Positions 13,192-28,767 are shown, counted from the stretch's first letter. The stretch: DNA of 64,000 nt from Trichosphaerium sp. ATCC 40318 (GCA_038496445.1 JALMLS010000612.1:682001-746000); one strand, 5' to 3'. Numbers and translations are program-made. Notes: generated by a model not told the origin, from the letters alone.

Positions 13192-14624
13192 TTATACAGT
13201 CCAACTTTTTGTCAGTGTACCCAGCCACCGCAAACCATCGTATATACCCTCGCCAGTAGGTACATGACATCCTTGGATATACCACTGGCGGTTAGACAAT
13301 GACATCAAGTTCAATTGAGAACATAAGGTAGAAACACTGTGGCAGTGACGTATATCCTAGATGAGATGTTTATAAGGCTGCTTATTCTGTATTGATTGAT
13401 GAACGTACTTGTTTATTTGCAAATAGCAATACAGGCTTTGTAGGCATAGCCTTCAATATATTATTGAATTTATCGCGATTGGTTTTAATAGCTTCCTCGT
13501 CTGTCATTGCACTATCAATTACATATACTAGTGCTTCTGCTTTTTCTATTACATCCCATTTATTAAAATAAGCAAGCTACAAAAACAAGTGTTAAAGAAA
13601 AGTCAAAAAGTTCTGTTGAATGACAAAGCATCTCGAATTCGAATAAAATTCTATTTACACCAATGTGAAAATATTGTTTTCATTAACTACAATAAACCAA
13701 GTGGGAAACACGTTTGTGGTAAAATGCTTCTCAATTAAAGGTTTGAACACAGCACAATTTATTAATTATTTCTAAAAAGACTTGTGTATGTTCTTACCTC
13801 AGCTGTTGTATCATTTCCACTTGTATCTAAAAAATGATATTCTACATTATCATACTCTCTATAGTAGTACTTGCAACCAGCTACAAGGCGTTAAAAAAAA
13901 AGGTGAAGTGAAATAGCACAAAAATCAAATTACATCACGTGATCTTTCAGAAAATAAAAGAAAAAAACAAACATACACGTATGAGCTTCTCCAAGGCACC
14001 CAGTAATACCATATCTCAAAAAGTTGATTATAGAAGTTTTACCACCTCCTGGCAATCCCAATACAAGCACTCGGACTGATGGGATTGACCTCAGTTTACT
14101 AAACAGCGACGTGAAAAACCCTTCCTTTTTGAAAAAAAAGCAAAAAATGTCAGTACAAAATTTAATGACACGGCGTTGTCAGGTACCTTTTTACCCGTTT
14201 TTACGCGGTTAACCCATTTATCAAATTCTCTTCTTGATTCTGGGCCCATATCTACGCCTATAATATTGATATACGCCTCTGAGTATAAAGAAAACCATAA
14301 AACATCACTATCATTCTTGGCTCTATCCAATGCTTTGTCATACTCCGTTGGGAACTCCCTTTGTAGGCGATAACGCCACAGAGTGCCTAGTAAAACAATT
14401 ATTTATAAATGCGATAACCGAATACAACAGCGATTTCACGTGCCAGACAAACAAATAGTGCGAAAACGCTTGGATACGAGCAGCATGTGGACCAACGTAG
14501 TGGTATCAAGGAAATGACAAACACAATAGATGATATCATCCACTACACATGTCAGGAACACTATAGAACTCTTGAAAGGTAATTTACCTAATTTCTGTAA
14601 CGGAAAGCATGAGGACTCACTCAT
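13192..14624 (-). CDS. F-box domain + Arf/Arl-like small GTPase fusion protein
   Basis: N-terminal F-box (FPLQKL..DDIIYCVCHFLDTTTLVHMLLVSKRFRTICLSGTLW). GTPase motifs VRVLVLGLPGGGKTS, FLDTSGND, ALVYVIDS, PVLLFANKQD, RQWYIQGCHVPTGEGIYDGLRWL. Confidence 0.88.
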
Positions 14625-14785
14625 TGCGCCAAATACGCTCAACCGAGGTGATCCAAGTGTACTAAAATGTAAACGGCGTAAAGGCAACCCTGGAACTTAA
14701 CCAGGGATCCTTTTGTGATAAATTTTCGCGCGGAAGGCTGAGTCTCTGCATTTCTTATCATTGTTATTTAGCATCTACTAACACC

Positions 14786-15578
<793 letters not shown>

Positions 15579-15708
15579 ATGTTAGTTTAATAATATTTTT
15601 GTCCTTGTGTACTCCTGACGTCGTTGGTTTTTTTCATATATTTCAATCGTGTCATTTATTTTCGATTACCTTGCCCCAGTTTACACTTATATCGCACTGT
15701 GGTAATCA

Positions 15709-16442
15709 ATGCTGTTGCAGTCACGGAGGAAGTTTCCCACGTGTTTTTTTCTATTGCCTATTTTAGAAAGCAAAAAACGTGGCACTCGTTAGATAGAATG
15801 GCTTATACCCTGATACATTCTATTGCCGATGAGCAAAAGGAGTGGGTGATGGCGCAACGTGTTCATGATTACAAGGCTCTGCAGAGCCAAGTAGTCATTG
15901 GTCAAAGACCTTGCAATGGTATTGCCGGCGGGTTTCAACCGCGGTACTAAATACACAAAGCGTTCATGCGCGTCCAGATTAAGCTGAGACGAGGCATTAT
16001 GTACGAAGTATAGTTAACAAGATTGTTTTTCATCAGTTATTCAGATGGTAGATTTGTTGTTATTATAAATGATGAAACACAGTTTGCTTAGCACCTCAAT
16101 AACGAATTGGATTTATACCAAATATAAACCAAGCAACAGTTGATTTAAAAAAAAAGTGGGATACTAAAGTAACAGGAGATGGTGTAATCACCGTCATACG
16201 GAGACATAGCAACTTCAGGCGTTGGGCACAATTTTGGATTTCCTTGCGCTTTATACTTTGTGTATTTGAACTTGGCCTATTCCTATGGACTTTTCCCAGC
16301 CTGTGAGTTGCCTACCGCTGAGTTGAGAACATCTCTAGAAATGTAGTGAAAGTTTTCAGCGAAACACGCGGCAACGTTCTTTCTATGTACCCAAAATAGC
16401 CCAACTAACTAACACTACGTCAGCGGAACGCCCCATATGTAG
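15709..16442 (+). CDS. Hypothetical small membrane protein (~150-160 aa), multi-exon
   Basis: Consecutive exons join in frame: MAYTLIHSIADEQKEW...FQPRHYVRSIVNKIVFHQLFRCTSITNWIYTKYKPRDGVITVIRRHSNFRRWAQFWISLRFILCVFELGLFLWTFPSLNVVKVF. Needs one GC donor (16133) and one GAG acceptor. No family recognised; start may instead be 15798. Confidence 0.5.
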
Positions 16443-16580
16443 TGAATCACTATGGTGAATGGCACAATTTTGCCTTGACAAACTTTCAAAAAAACAACCA
16501 AAAAACTTTTGGTCTGAAGCGACGTCTTTTTTTTTACACATGATTAAAGAACTTTATTACTTTTTTTTTCTTGAACTTAT

Positions 16581-19500
16581 TTACACAAATCGTGGGGAGA
16601 GTCTGTTGATCTCTTCAACGATAGAATCAGTGAGTCTAGGATCCTTGCAACGCGCAGCTAAAGAGCTACCACCGTCATCTCTAGACTTAATTAAAATTGC
16701 AACATCAAGACCTTGAATAGTCTTTCCGTAGAGCGATACTCTATCACCGTGGTCATCGACAACCATCAAACGGAAAAGAGCTGAAAAAAAGACACATAAG
16801 CACAAGGCAATAAGGAAAGAGACAAGAAAGACAAAGCGAAAAAAAAGGACAAGTCGAAAAGCAAAAAGTCAAAAAGGGTTTGTTTCTGGTCCAAGAAGTG
16901 ATTGATGAGTAGTTTGGTTACCTTGTAAATATTCCTTTGTTGTTTCTACTGAACTATTGGCACGTGTTTCTACGAGAGGGAAGTTGCTATAAATTATTAG
17001 GCTTTTTTTTGTTGAACAATGACCAAGACAATTACTAATTTGTATATGCCTTTGCGTACCTTATAACATTACGGAAAGCGTCGCTTGATATTTTAACACC
17101 TTTAATCAAAAACCCACAAGGAATGGTGACCATGCAATTCTTTCTTCTCTTGTTCTTACCCTAGACAAACAAAATAAACAACAATGTCTAAAACAAAAAA
17201 AGAGTGAAACGAACCTCAACTGAGTAAAACACGGATGTCTTTAGTTTGATAGTCCTAGTTATTTGGGATAATCTGAATACGACATTGTATGTCTCTACAG
17301 TATTTGCAGCAACCGAAACACCAGTCTCGAAAGGTCCAGAACCTGAAAAAAAGATTAGAAAAACAACACAAAAAAAATCCTTTAATCTTCCTCAACAAAA
17401 ACAAAAAAAGATGTCGTACGTGGTGTCCCTTCTGGACGTTGACATTGACAATCTGGTCTGTTAATAAAATTGAGAGAAATTGCGACGATAGCCTAAAAAA
17501 AGCAAATGAGTAAAAGTATGCCAAGCATAGTAGATGATCCTCACAAAAAAGGAATATCCAAGAAAACATTTGTGAAATATCCAACTCTACGTACTTGTTT
17601 TGGTGCTTGGAAGCTAAAGGTGACGAGGACTTTATCGGACAAGTTAGGATTAACTTTAACCTCATACTTTACATCAATCATATCATCTCGGAATAGACCA
17701 CGTTGCCTGGCGTTAGCAAGGGCTACACGAACAATATTAGTATCTAAACCATGTAAAGAAAAAATATAGAACATACCTTGTTTTCTACTAGCAGTACGAG
17801 GACGTCTTCGACGTGCAACGCGTTCCTCAGTTGGACTAAAAAAATAAGCAAACTGACGTATCAAAACTAGCCTAGCTACCTTTGTGCTGGTTGCGCAGCT
17901 TGTGCAGGTGAAGATGCTTTAGGTGCTTCAGCCTTAGAAGCCTGGGAGTTTGTTAGTTTGGTAGTTTGGTAAAACTGAAGCTAGGCGTTAAATTATAGGT
18001 ATACATACATCGTCATCGGATACAGCAGTATAGGAGTTAAGTCGCGACATAATAGAAGCGAACTAATAGTTATACATAAGAAATAATACATACACAACTG
18101 TTTTTAAACGGAAAAGAAACCAATCAACAGTACTACAATGTCACACAAAAAGAGAGTACTGTTGATTGGTTTATATGTGATAATATATGCTAGACGTACG
18201 GCTGGCGCAGACTCAGGGGCTGGTGCACCGCCAGATCCTGAAAGATTACCGTTGATACTCATTAAATCACCCATATGGCTAGATGGTTTGTTTGTTGTTG
18301 CTGCTGCGATAACTCGTAAGTAATAGTACAATAAAAGTGAGGTTAGAAAAGGATGCCTACCAGGTGCTGGTTCAGATTCATTATCAAACTTTAGAAGCAT
18401 GCCACCAGATGGCGTCTTTTCCATAGGAGCTGGCCTAGATTCATTTGTGGCTGGTCCAGGTCTTGGTCGACCTCTTCCACCTCTACCGCGTCTACCACGG
18501 CCTCTACTTCCGCGACCTCTTCCACGACCTCTTCCACGGCCTCTTCCACGACGCCTGCCTCTAACTGGGCGACCGCGACCTCTGCCAGGTGCTAGAACAA
18601 ATTTTAGAATAAAAATTTCGAATAAGACGGAAGGTTTTATCGAGCTTGAGGACTTGATTGCATACCTGGGCCTTCTTCTTTTGGTTTTTGTACTAATAAA
18701 ATGGTAAGTAAAATAAAACTTTAAAGTATTAGATATTCGTACCTTGAGCACTGCTGTTGTGATGTACCAACTGAGGAAGTGCCTCTGTAGGATCGATATT
18801 AGTCAAATCAATTTGAGCTAGAGAGGCGATTGCTGGATCATCATGAGATCCTGTAGCGTGTTTCACAGGTGCTTCATCTTCGTGCACTCCTTCTGGCATT
18901 TCATACTCTGTCATAACATTGTACTGCTTGCGTGGACGGCGGCCTCCTCGTTCTATAAAAAGATTTATTTAGTTTTCGCCATTTCTAAGCTGTTAAGTAA
19001 TAAAATCAACGTACGTCGTCCTCCGCGACTACGTCCTCTAGAACTAGTTGTCTTGAATGTGAAAGCATTTCTCATTTCCTCATCTGTCATGCCAAGCTAC
19101 ATATCAAAGTCAACAAAAAACCTCCATGAGTTTTGCTCAAGTTACCTGGTTAGGATCAATGCTTTGGATAGGGAAGTCTTCCTCCTCAGGATCATCTCCA
19201 GGAGTGAGGAAATAAGGATCTGCTGACTTTGCTTTATTGCGCGCTCTACGGCGTGCAGCAAGTTCCTCTTTTGTGAGAGTAACTGCTTGAGGAGAAACTT
19301 CTGGCGCCATTTCATGCTCCCAGTCTTTCCAGCTATTGTCAACTCCCATTGCGCCATTCTCAGCATATTGTGTCATCTCATCAGGGAACTCTGGTGGATC
19401 ATTGATCCACTCATCTAGGTTAACCTTCGATGGACCTTTTTCCTAACGTAGACATGAGAAAACACAAAAACCACGCCAAAGTTCACATGGCAACAAAAAT

Positions 19501-22340
19501 ATTTTCGTCGAAAAACACCGAGAGTACTTACTCTGACTTTCTGCTGTGCAATGGCCGCTACTGGGTTCAGAGCATCACCAAACATTACTGTTACTTCTGA
19601 TGTGATACTGATACCTTGTGCGCGTTGTGTTTTAAACGTTTCGATAACGCCACCGATGAAGCACGCCTTTAAAAAAAAAACTTGTTAACCGTTAACAACT
19701 TTTTAGCATTTCTGTACCCTTTCTTGGACTTCCAAGTGTTGGCTTCTCGTGAACATCTCAATCTTAGTTTCGATCATCTCTAAGGCGATATCTATCTTAT
19801 TACGTTTACCAGCTGGAGGAGTCACATTCTAAAGTACAATTATGTCAGTAATGATAAACAAAACGAAGCATGGTGAAAAAACTTGAGCTTCATGCGAACT
19901 AAGGAGTAGCATTCACATTTTTTTGTTGGAAAACTAGAAAACTACGCACTTCGTATCGCTCGCATAGACGAGAGAAAAGTTTTAGAATAGCACTCAAGTA
20001 TAAACTTTGTATATGGTATGGCAAACTAGTGACACGAGGTTGTAATAATGCTTCAAGAGCTGGCAAATGATCTTTTGTTAAATCACAATATTCACCTAAA
20101 TCCTTGTGTTAATTACGAAAACGAGCTTACAAATTAGTACCTGTAATCCAACTGGCTGCATAAAGAGCTTCACATATACCTTTTTCTTGTGGGTTTTCGT
20201 TCAAAAAGCGAGGATCACGAAGTAGTTGAATCTAAAACAAAAAGCCTTAGGAAAAAACATCGGTACAATAACAAAAAAATCACCGTACCATTTGTTCGAC
20301 ACCATACTCTCTGACGACTTTTACGCGTACACAAACGTCCAATAACTGATCTCTTATGAGGTCACCGTGAGATATATCATTAAAATGTGTCAAATCAACA
20401 AGCATGCCAATATACCTAAACAGGAGGATGAGTAAAAAACAAAGAACAAAGTTTGGTTAAAAAAAAAACCTACCACTCAAAGTCAGTAATGTAAGTGTAG
20501 TGCTTTTGGCTACACGTGATAATGATCTTCTCAATAATGCCATCTCTGAATTCTCCTTCGGCATCCTCCACGTGCGAGATTAATTTGCGTATAATGAGTT
20601 GAAGGTTTTTCCTGGTAACCATCCCTTGAAGTAAATCCAAAGCACTAAAATAAAAAGTTAATAAATGAAAACCGAAACCCAACAAATTTTTGTACGTACC
20701 GCATGCGGATTGTGCTATCTTCGTCATCAAGGCAGCCTAATACAATATCTCTGTGTTCAGATACGCCTTTAGGGTATACTGTCATAATTTTGTGCATCGC
20801 AAGAAGACCCAAGTATTTCACTGTTTTGGCGACGTAAGCAAAAAAAAAATACCAAGCTGGTTAACGTACGATTCTGGTCAGGATGTTCGATGAACATGCG
20901 AAGCTTTGTGAGACACAAACGCATAATAGCAGCATATTGCTTCATACCAATAATACACGTTTGGATACACTCATAGAGAAGACTCATAGCGTTTGTAGTA
21001 TTAATAATATTCGTCAATGGCTCTACCAACCTTCTAGCGAGGCGTGGTTCAATAGGTGTAAGGGCAGCGAACTATATAACGTAATTAGAAAAATAAAGAT
21101 TATCAAATGTCAAAATCACGTGACAACTCGCATCACGTGTTGAGAAAAATAGCGAAAAAAGTGTAGGCCGTTTTTAAAATAAAACGTGTTGGTTTAGTGG
21201 CGAAAACAACCGATATCTTTTCCGTACCAATTTAATAACTTTGATTAACATCCAGTTGTTGCTTGACGTTTGGAGTAATTTAAATAGTCCTGGAGCAAGG
21301 GAGAGGTAACTGCGAGGGTTTTTGCGAGCCAACTCACAAATGACATTCACAGCGGCAGATACGACAGCTAAAAACTAAATGTCAACACGTAAAGAGATTG
21401 TGATTGTAAAAACAAAAATTTACAAACCAACGTCTTCAAAAAAAACCTAAAAAATAGGGATGGCGTCTACGACTAACCTGGATCTGGATCGTCTAGTTTC
21501 TGTTGCAATCGCGTGAAACTAGGTCGAAGAGCTTCTGGATACTTTAAGAAAATTTTGTAGAGTACTAGTACGGCTTTTTTACGAATGTAAGGCCTTTGGG
21601 TATTGTTAGGTTTGGTTGTAACTTGTTTTTGATGATCATATTAATAAAAGATCTTTTTATAAGCGTACCTGGAGCTTGTTAACATATTAACCACTTCTGC
21701 AGCTAAATCGCGTGCTAATCCAGGAGAACAAATGTTTGCTAGACAACCAATGGCAATACCACCTTCATAGATGCCCTGATTTTTTAGGAAGTCCTAGCAG
21801 TGTTTTTTAGCGTCAGAATAGTCGTGTTGTCATTGAATGTAATTTTTACCTTCCTGAGAAAGTTCGTTGCTAACAATGACACTTCTGTTTCATCATTAAA
21901 TGATTGTGAAGCAGCGAGGTACGCAATTCTTTTGTGGGTAAATTTCTTATGGGACATTAGCTCTACTACGTTGAAGGCAGCCCAACTCATGTCGTAACCA
22001 AACATTTGGAGCTAATAAGACACAGTTAAACAGATTAGCTTGTAGATCATCACATAAGCGTTATTTTAACTTGTTTATGCATGAATAGTTATTTATGATG
22101 TATGTGGAAACGTCAGACACGAAATTAGAGTTTGAAAACGTGAAAGTGTCGTACGTAAGTAAGCTTTTGTATAGCATTCGCCTTGGCTTCTTTTGAGTCC
22201 TGTTTGAGTTCGAGTTTTATCTCTTGAACACATTGGTTGATATAGGCAGACTCGTTACTTTTATTGTTTCTCAGTCCCCTCACCAAGTCAGTGAGAGACT
22301 TGCGGAACATCCGCTGGGTTAGCTCGTTCATTTTATCCAT
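16581..22340 (-). CDS. AP3D1: AP-3 adaptor complex subunit delta
   Basis: MFRKSLTDLVRGLR, MFGYDMSWAAFNVVELMS..KRIAYLAASQSF, NNWMLIKVIK, AMSLLYECI, YITDFEW, HLEVQER; acidic/basic hinge; C-terminal ear ending at ORF 16581-16805. Confidence 0.97.
18460..18590 (-). repeat. Coding low-complexity RG/RGR repeat in the AP3D hinge
   Basis: Tandem CCTCTTCCACGA/CCTCTACCGCGT units on + encode GRGRGRPVRGRRRGRGRGRGRGRGRGSRGRGRRGRGGRGRP on the minus strand. Confidence 0.85.
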
Positions 22341-22623
22341 GTTGGAAGTGAAGCTTCCCAACTTCTGCTGTATGACACTTGAATGAAATTAAAAGAAAAT
22401 TACTCCGAAAAGGCAACAAATTTCAAAAAGTTCCAATTACCATCTTTTTAAATACGTAGTCAATTATTTATAAATCTAGAACTGGGAGCGGCGTTCTTAG
22501 CCTCTATTTTTTTACTTTACAGTGTCAGAAAAAAAAAAATCACGAAATTTTTGATTTTTTTTTTTTTTGCTTCTTTTTTCGTGTATCAACAAGAAGTTAC
22601 TTCTCTATCCATACAGTAGTGTC

Positions 22624-23640
<1,017 letters not shown>

Positions 23641-23937
23641 TCAACTAGGGCGCTTGTTTTTTGTTGACCACAACAGTTTGCTCTGTACAATGCGTCAGTC
23701 ATTTTAATTTCAACCGTTAGGCCTTCTCGTAGTGTCGAATACATATTCGAAGCGTTACAAAAGTCGTTTGGTGTACTACAGTCGTTTTTGTAAACCAAAT
23801 TTTTCTGAGTCTATATTTCACGTTATTTTTACAAGTACATGCGTAGAAAAGTCGTTGATACGTTCGAGTTAGTCGTGCAATTTCTCTAAATTTTCCAGTA
23901 TCGCCAGAACGCTTAATATTCAGTTTAACTATTCAAG

Positions 23938-25412
23938 ATGGTACGAAGACACTACTTAGTATTGTTTCTAAATACTGTAGATGACTCCAATCCTTTTAAA
24001 GGGTCATGAAAGACCCCTTACAGTTATAAAATTCAACAGAGAGGGTGATTTATTATTTACTTGCGCTAAAGACAAAGAACCATGTTTGTGGTGGACCGCC
24101 ACTGGCGAGCGTATTGGAACATACGTAGGGCATAAGGGTGCCGTATTTCACATGGATGTAGACTGTATCCCTTTATTTCTACCCAATTTTCAATAATCTT
24201 TTTCCTTAACACCAAAAGACAATAGCAAACGCTTAGTTACTGCCGCTGCCGACGAAACTGCAAAATTGTGGGAGGTAGAAACTGGTAAACTACTAAAAAC
24301 CTTTGTACACGAATCTCCTGTACGGTACGCACCGATTTAACGCATACAGACACCCAATTATCACTATTCAAAATAATTAATTCAAAAATCAACTAACGCT
24401 TTTCGACAGCTCCGTTGATTGGTCTTGTGGCGATCAACTCATTCTCACAGCTCAAGCAAAATTGGGTGGTAAATCTGCTGTATTGAGGATCTTTAGAATC
24501 AGCGAAAACTCAGCAGCACGTGCGTTAATCTAGCTTCCTTTGGGCTCTGTTTGTTCGTTGCAAACGTATGTGCTGACTTTTTAACAATACAGAGCTCGAT
24601 ACACCGTTAAAGGTAATTATGCCAGACGCCGATGTACCTATTCAACGTGCCTTGTGGGGACCTCTAAATGACCGCATTTACACAGCCAATGACGATGGTT
24701 CTATTCGTATTTACGATCCAGAGGTGCTTTTTTTCTAAATGACAATACGTCGTACCTGATTTCTAATTTATTTAAATTCAGACTGGCAAACAATTAATGA
24801 AGGCTGATATTCACAAGAAATCAATTCGTGATATGCAATGGGATAAGACTCAAACTGTATTTATCACTGCATCTTCTGATAAAACTGCAAAGCTCGTTGA
24901 CACAAGGTGATTATTTTCTGAAATTTTTTTTTGTAATTTCGTTCTTTTTTGAAATATTTTTGTCTCAATGTGTTTTAGGAGCTTGGAAGTTATCAAAACT
25001 TACAACATGGGAAGACCAGTAAACTCTGCTGCTATTTCACCACTCAAAGACCACGTATGGCTGTTTTATTACGCTTGGTATTGTGCTTATACACCTTTTT
25101 AGATTGTTGCTGGAGGTGGTGAATCTAGCGTAGGAGTAGCTCTCTCCCGTCACGACACATCTCAATTTAAGTCGTGTTTCTTCCATAAAATATACCAATA
25201 CGAACTCGCATCTGTTGAGGTAAATTACCATTCCACATTGATTTTTTTTTCGATTTTATTATAGTCTTTGTGTAACCTTTATGTAGGGACATTTCGGTCC
25301 TGTCAATACATTGGCCTTCAGCCCTGATGGTAAATCATATGCATCAGGATCTGAGGATGGTTTTGTTCGCTTACATCATTTCGGTAAGGAGTATTTGAAC
25401 CGAGATCTTTAA
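23938..25412 (+). CDS. EIF3I: Eukaryotic translation initiation factor 3 subunit I (WD40)
   Basis: [30 protein letters not shown]...[46 protein letters not shown]. The first coding exon appears to be ATG only (23938-23940). Confidence 0.98.
24165..24218 (+). other. U12-type (minor spliceosome) GT-AG intron, phase 1, in EIF3I
   Basis: Donor T|GTATCCCTTT; branch point TTTTCCTTAAC followed by ACCAAAAG. Removal gives [22 protein letters not shown]. Confidence 0.9.
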
Positions 25413-25649
25413 TGTACATGCAAAAAAAAAGAATAAAACAAGTAATTTTGAAGCGGCGTCTACATTTGTTTGTGTGAGCGCTAAAACCGTTGGTGTACTC
25501 TCACGCTGGTATAAACGGCGCGAATCCGGCATTTGGAGGTGCCCACGCCTGTTTCCATGAGTGTACCTCCACGAAATCGAAACCTTTTGATGACTGGCGA
25601 AGACTTGTTGTCCAAACAACCTTGTTTAGTCTACAGGCGTATATTCAAC

Positions 25650-27021
25650 ATGGATGACGCGTGTGCAGCTGCGCACAGTAAATTAGGTGTTGAAATACAA
25701 GGTTAGTAGTCCAACTTGTTACTAAACGCTCAATTCGTGTAGATTTGGCTTGGCCTACGCGTATACAAACGCTTGCGACATTACCAGAGCCGCTAGAATT
25801 TTACAGAAAATACGTAGCAACGCGTACACCAGTTATTGTGCGTGGTATGGTAGATAATTGGCAAGCCTTGTCAAAGTGGACTCCAGAATACCTCAAAAAA
25901 ACGGCTGGGCACCTAGAAGGCATCAACAGCGTTTAATCGCGTTTACTAACTCTACAGTTACTGTTGATACAACACCAAATGGACGAGGTGATGCTGTAGT
26001 GAAACGTGATGGAGAACTACTTTTTGTGAAACCGCAAGCAAGTCTTTTATCACTTGGTAGATGCGATGGTTCTCATTCACCTCTAGGAAGACATAATGTC
26101 ATTTGGCACGTTTGTGGATAATCTACATACGTCTAAAGACAGCGTACACTACCTTCAGCATCAAGTAAGTATGACATAGGTTAGTGAATGAGTGTTTTAG
26201 CTCTGACATAATTGTAGAATGATAATTTCCGAAAAGAATTTAATGATGGTTCTCTAAAGGATGATCTTGACAAGAATGTTGAGTCTTGGGCTACTAATAG
26301 TGCGAAGATAGTGTCTAATGTTTGTCATGACACTAACAAACCAAGTATTTGGACAAGAGCCTGATGCTGTTAATATTTGGATGGGACACAAAGGCGCTGT
26401 GTCAAGTTTACATATGGATTATTATGAGAATATTTATGTTGTTGTAAGAGGCAAGAAGGTATTAATACATCACTTTGTTTGATCACTTAATAATATTTAT
26501 TAATATAAAGGAGTAGGTATTTACTTTATTGCCACCTACAGACTTTCCTTTTCTATATCAGACAAAGTGTAAAGCTGCTACATATAAAAAAATAAACAAT
26601 GATTGGCAAATTGATATTGACAAACCAGAGTCAACAGTGCCTTGGTACTAGATCTTTTTTCAATGTGTCTAATAAAATTATAGGATACCTGTTGATCCAG
26701 ATAATATAAATTTAACAGCATATCCTAAAGCTGAGCAGATAAATCCACTAAGGATTGAAGTAAATGTGCGTTCATTAGTTTACCAAACCACATTTCTAAA
26801 AAATCTAAATGATAGGCTGGAGAGGTGTTGTACTTACCGCCAATGGTATATCATCAAGTGGGACAAGAAGGTGATGAATATGGTGAGTTATTTCAACGAT
26901 TAATTCATAAACTGATTCAATGATAGGGAATACAATCGCCATTAATTATTGGTATGATATGCAATTTGATTTGAGATTTTGCTATCAAAAGTTTTTGGAA
27001 AATACAGTCGTTGCAACATGA
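25650..27021 (+). CDS. JMJD7: JmjC-domain lysyl hydroxylase, JMJD7-like
   Basis: LEFYRKYVATRTPVIV, VDTTPNGRGDAV, YYLQHQNDN, PDAVNIWMG, SLHMDYYENIY, GEVLYLPPMVYHQV, AINYWYDMQFD. Confidence 0.93.
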
Positions 27022-27182
27022 GTGATAAACACATAACTAAATAAAAGTGGTTGTGATATTGTATAGTACAATTAGTACACTGACATGGAGTGACATGACA
27101 TTTATGCTTAAGTGCATTAAGTGAGAATGTTTTATGTGAATTAATCGTTTCGTCTCGTGCTACTGTAAACAAAAACAACACA

Positions 27183-28767
27183 ATGGAGCCACAACGAACT
27201 GTTACAATGGTTGATGTAGTTGGCGCTATCGACGCGCTTGAGCGTGAAGCTAACGTCAAAATTGATGAGAATTGGGGTAGTGAAGGGTATTAGCATTATT
27301 TATGGCTTTTCTAACTCTGTGGTAGCGAATGCACATACAAAGCAGGGTTTGTACAAATTCTTATCTGTAATTTGTTTTAATTATCTCAGATACATAGACC
27401 AACCGGTTTACGTTTGTAAAACATGCAGTTCAAAGGCAGGGAAGCGCGTAAGTACAAATTGTGACGTTCGTTTGGCTTGTAGTGATTATTTTTCGCAGAT
27501 TGGTGTATGTTTCGGTTGCTCTATGGACTGTCACCTCGAACATGATATAGAAGAGTTATTTGATAAGCGCGGGTTTCGTTGTGATTGTCCAACGTCAATT
27601 TCGCGTATGTCGTCTAACTTTACTCTTAAACCGTATCTGATATATTGCAAGCGCATAAATGCAGTTTTAGTCCGCGAGTAGACTCTGTAAATACAGAAAA
27701 CGTGTACACTCACAATTTTGACGGGTAAGTGGCCTTTTAAGGTGTTTTTCTGTCGCTTACTCAACTGCTGTAGATTATACTGTTGGTGCAACAAACCATA
27801 CACCCAAGGATCGAATGTCACTATGCTACAATGTACACTATGTCAAGACTGGTACCACGAGGAGTGCTTAAAGAAAGTATGGAATCCTGGTTTTAGTCTT
27901 TTTTTTTGATTGTTCTGTCCTCACACCGTTTTTGTAGCACTACAAGGGTACAATATTAACATCTGATGATGATAATGAACTAATATGTCACGACTGTACT
28001 AGTAAAATGGTGTTTTTGGGTGAGTTGGTTTGGCAAACAAAATTATTAATAGCTTCTTTTCTGCAAGGCAAGTATCGAGATATACTGCACCCTTCATCTC
28101 TGGCATTATTCCCAGCAAAAAAAGAGGTTCCTAAGGACAACGCCAAACGCTCATTTGCTGAAATGAGTTGCAAAGTTGAGAATATAGGTAAGCTGAATAG
28201 AAAGAGGCAAAGACATATAACTGACACTATTAATAGAGTTGATTAAACTTGGAGATATTTTTGTTAAAAAGAGATGGCGCGAAGAGTTATGCAGATGTGA
28301 CAAATGTTGTGACGTATACAAGTCTCACAAAGTAATGTATCTATTAAAACAAGAGCCTAAGGTAACAACACTCTAACCTTAAATCAGGAGCTAATTTTTT
28401 TTGGTTGTAGGATGATGAAGGCGATGATGAGAAAGAACATGTTGACTTGAAAAAATCAACGGAAGAACAGTTTGATAAGTTCATGAAAGGGATGGACCAC
28501 GTTAAGGTATGTTTTCGTTTTGCTAAAAATATTTCTTTTAATGTTTTATTTAAGCAAATGGCGATGGCACGTGCTTATGAAGGTAAGAACTCTTGATTGG
28601 TTTTTTTCTCATTATTTTCTTAAACTTGTATTTTAGAAATGAAAGCTAAGCTTGTGGCAACTCTTCGTGATAAGGCTTCTAATAACGCTGTTGTCACACA
28701 AGAAGATATATTAAATGTTTTTGGAGAGTTACAAGAGAATAGAGCTGCGAAGAAGAGGCGTACATGA
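27183..28767 (+). CDS. UBR7: UBR7-like E3 ligase (UBR box + PHD)
   Basis: CTYKAGYIDQPVYVCKTC, GVCFGCSMDCHLEHDIEELFDKRGFRCDCP, YTHNFDGLYCWCNKPY, MLQCTLCQDWYHEEC, WREELCRCDKC. Confidence 0.95.

Noticed and set aside
15600-16480. snoRNA/ncRNA cluster downstream of the ubiquitin gene (ATGATGA, TATTCCTA motifs)
   Set aside because: No matching D box or second U17 motif. The region is better explained as a spliced protein-coding gene.
18304-18360. GCATCCTTTT on the minus strand resembling a GC-type U12 donor in AP3D1
   Set aside because: A GT donor 4 nt upstream restores the frame and there is no CCTTAAC branch point.
18399-18707. Pro/Arg-rich plus-strand ORF and other short antisense ORFs in the track
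   Set aside because: Shadow frames of real genes on the opposite strand, or exon-intron read-through fragments.
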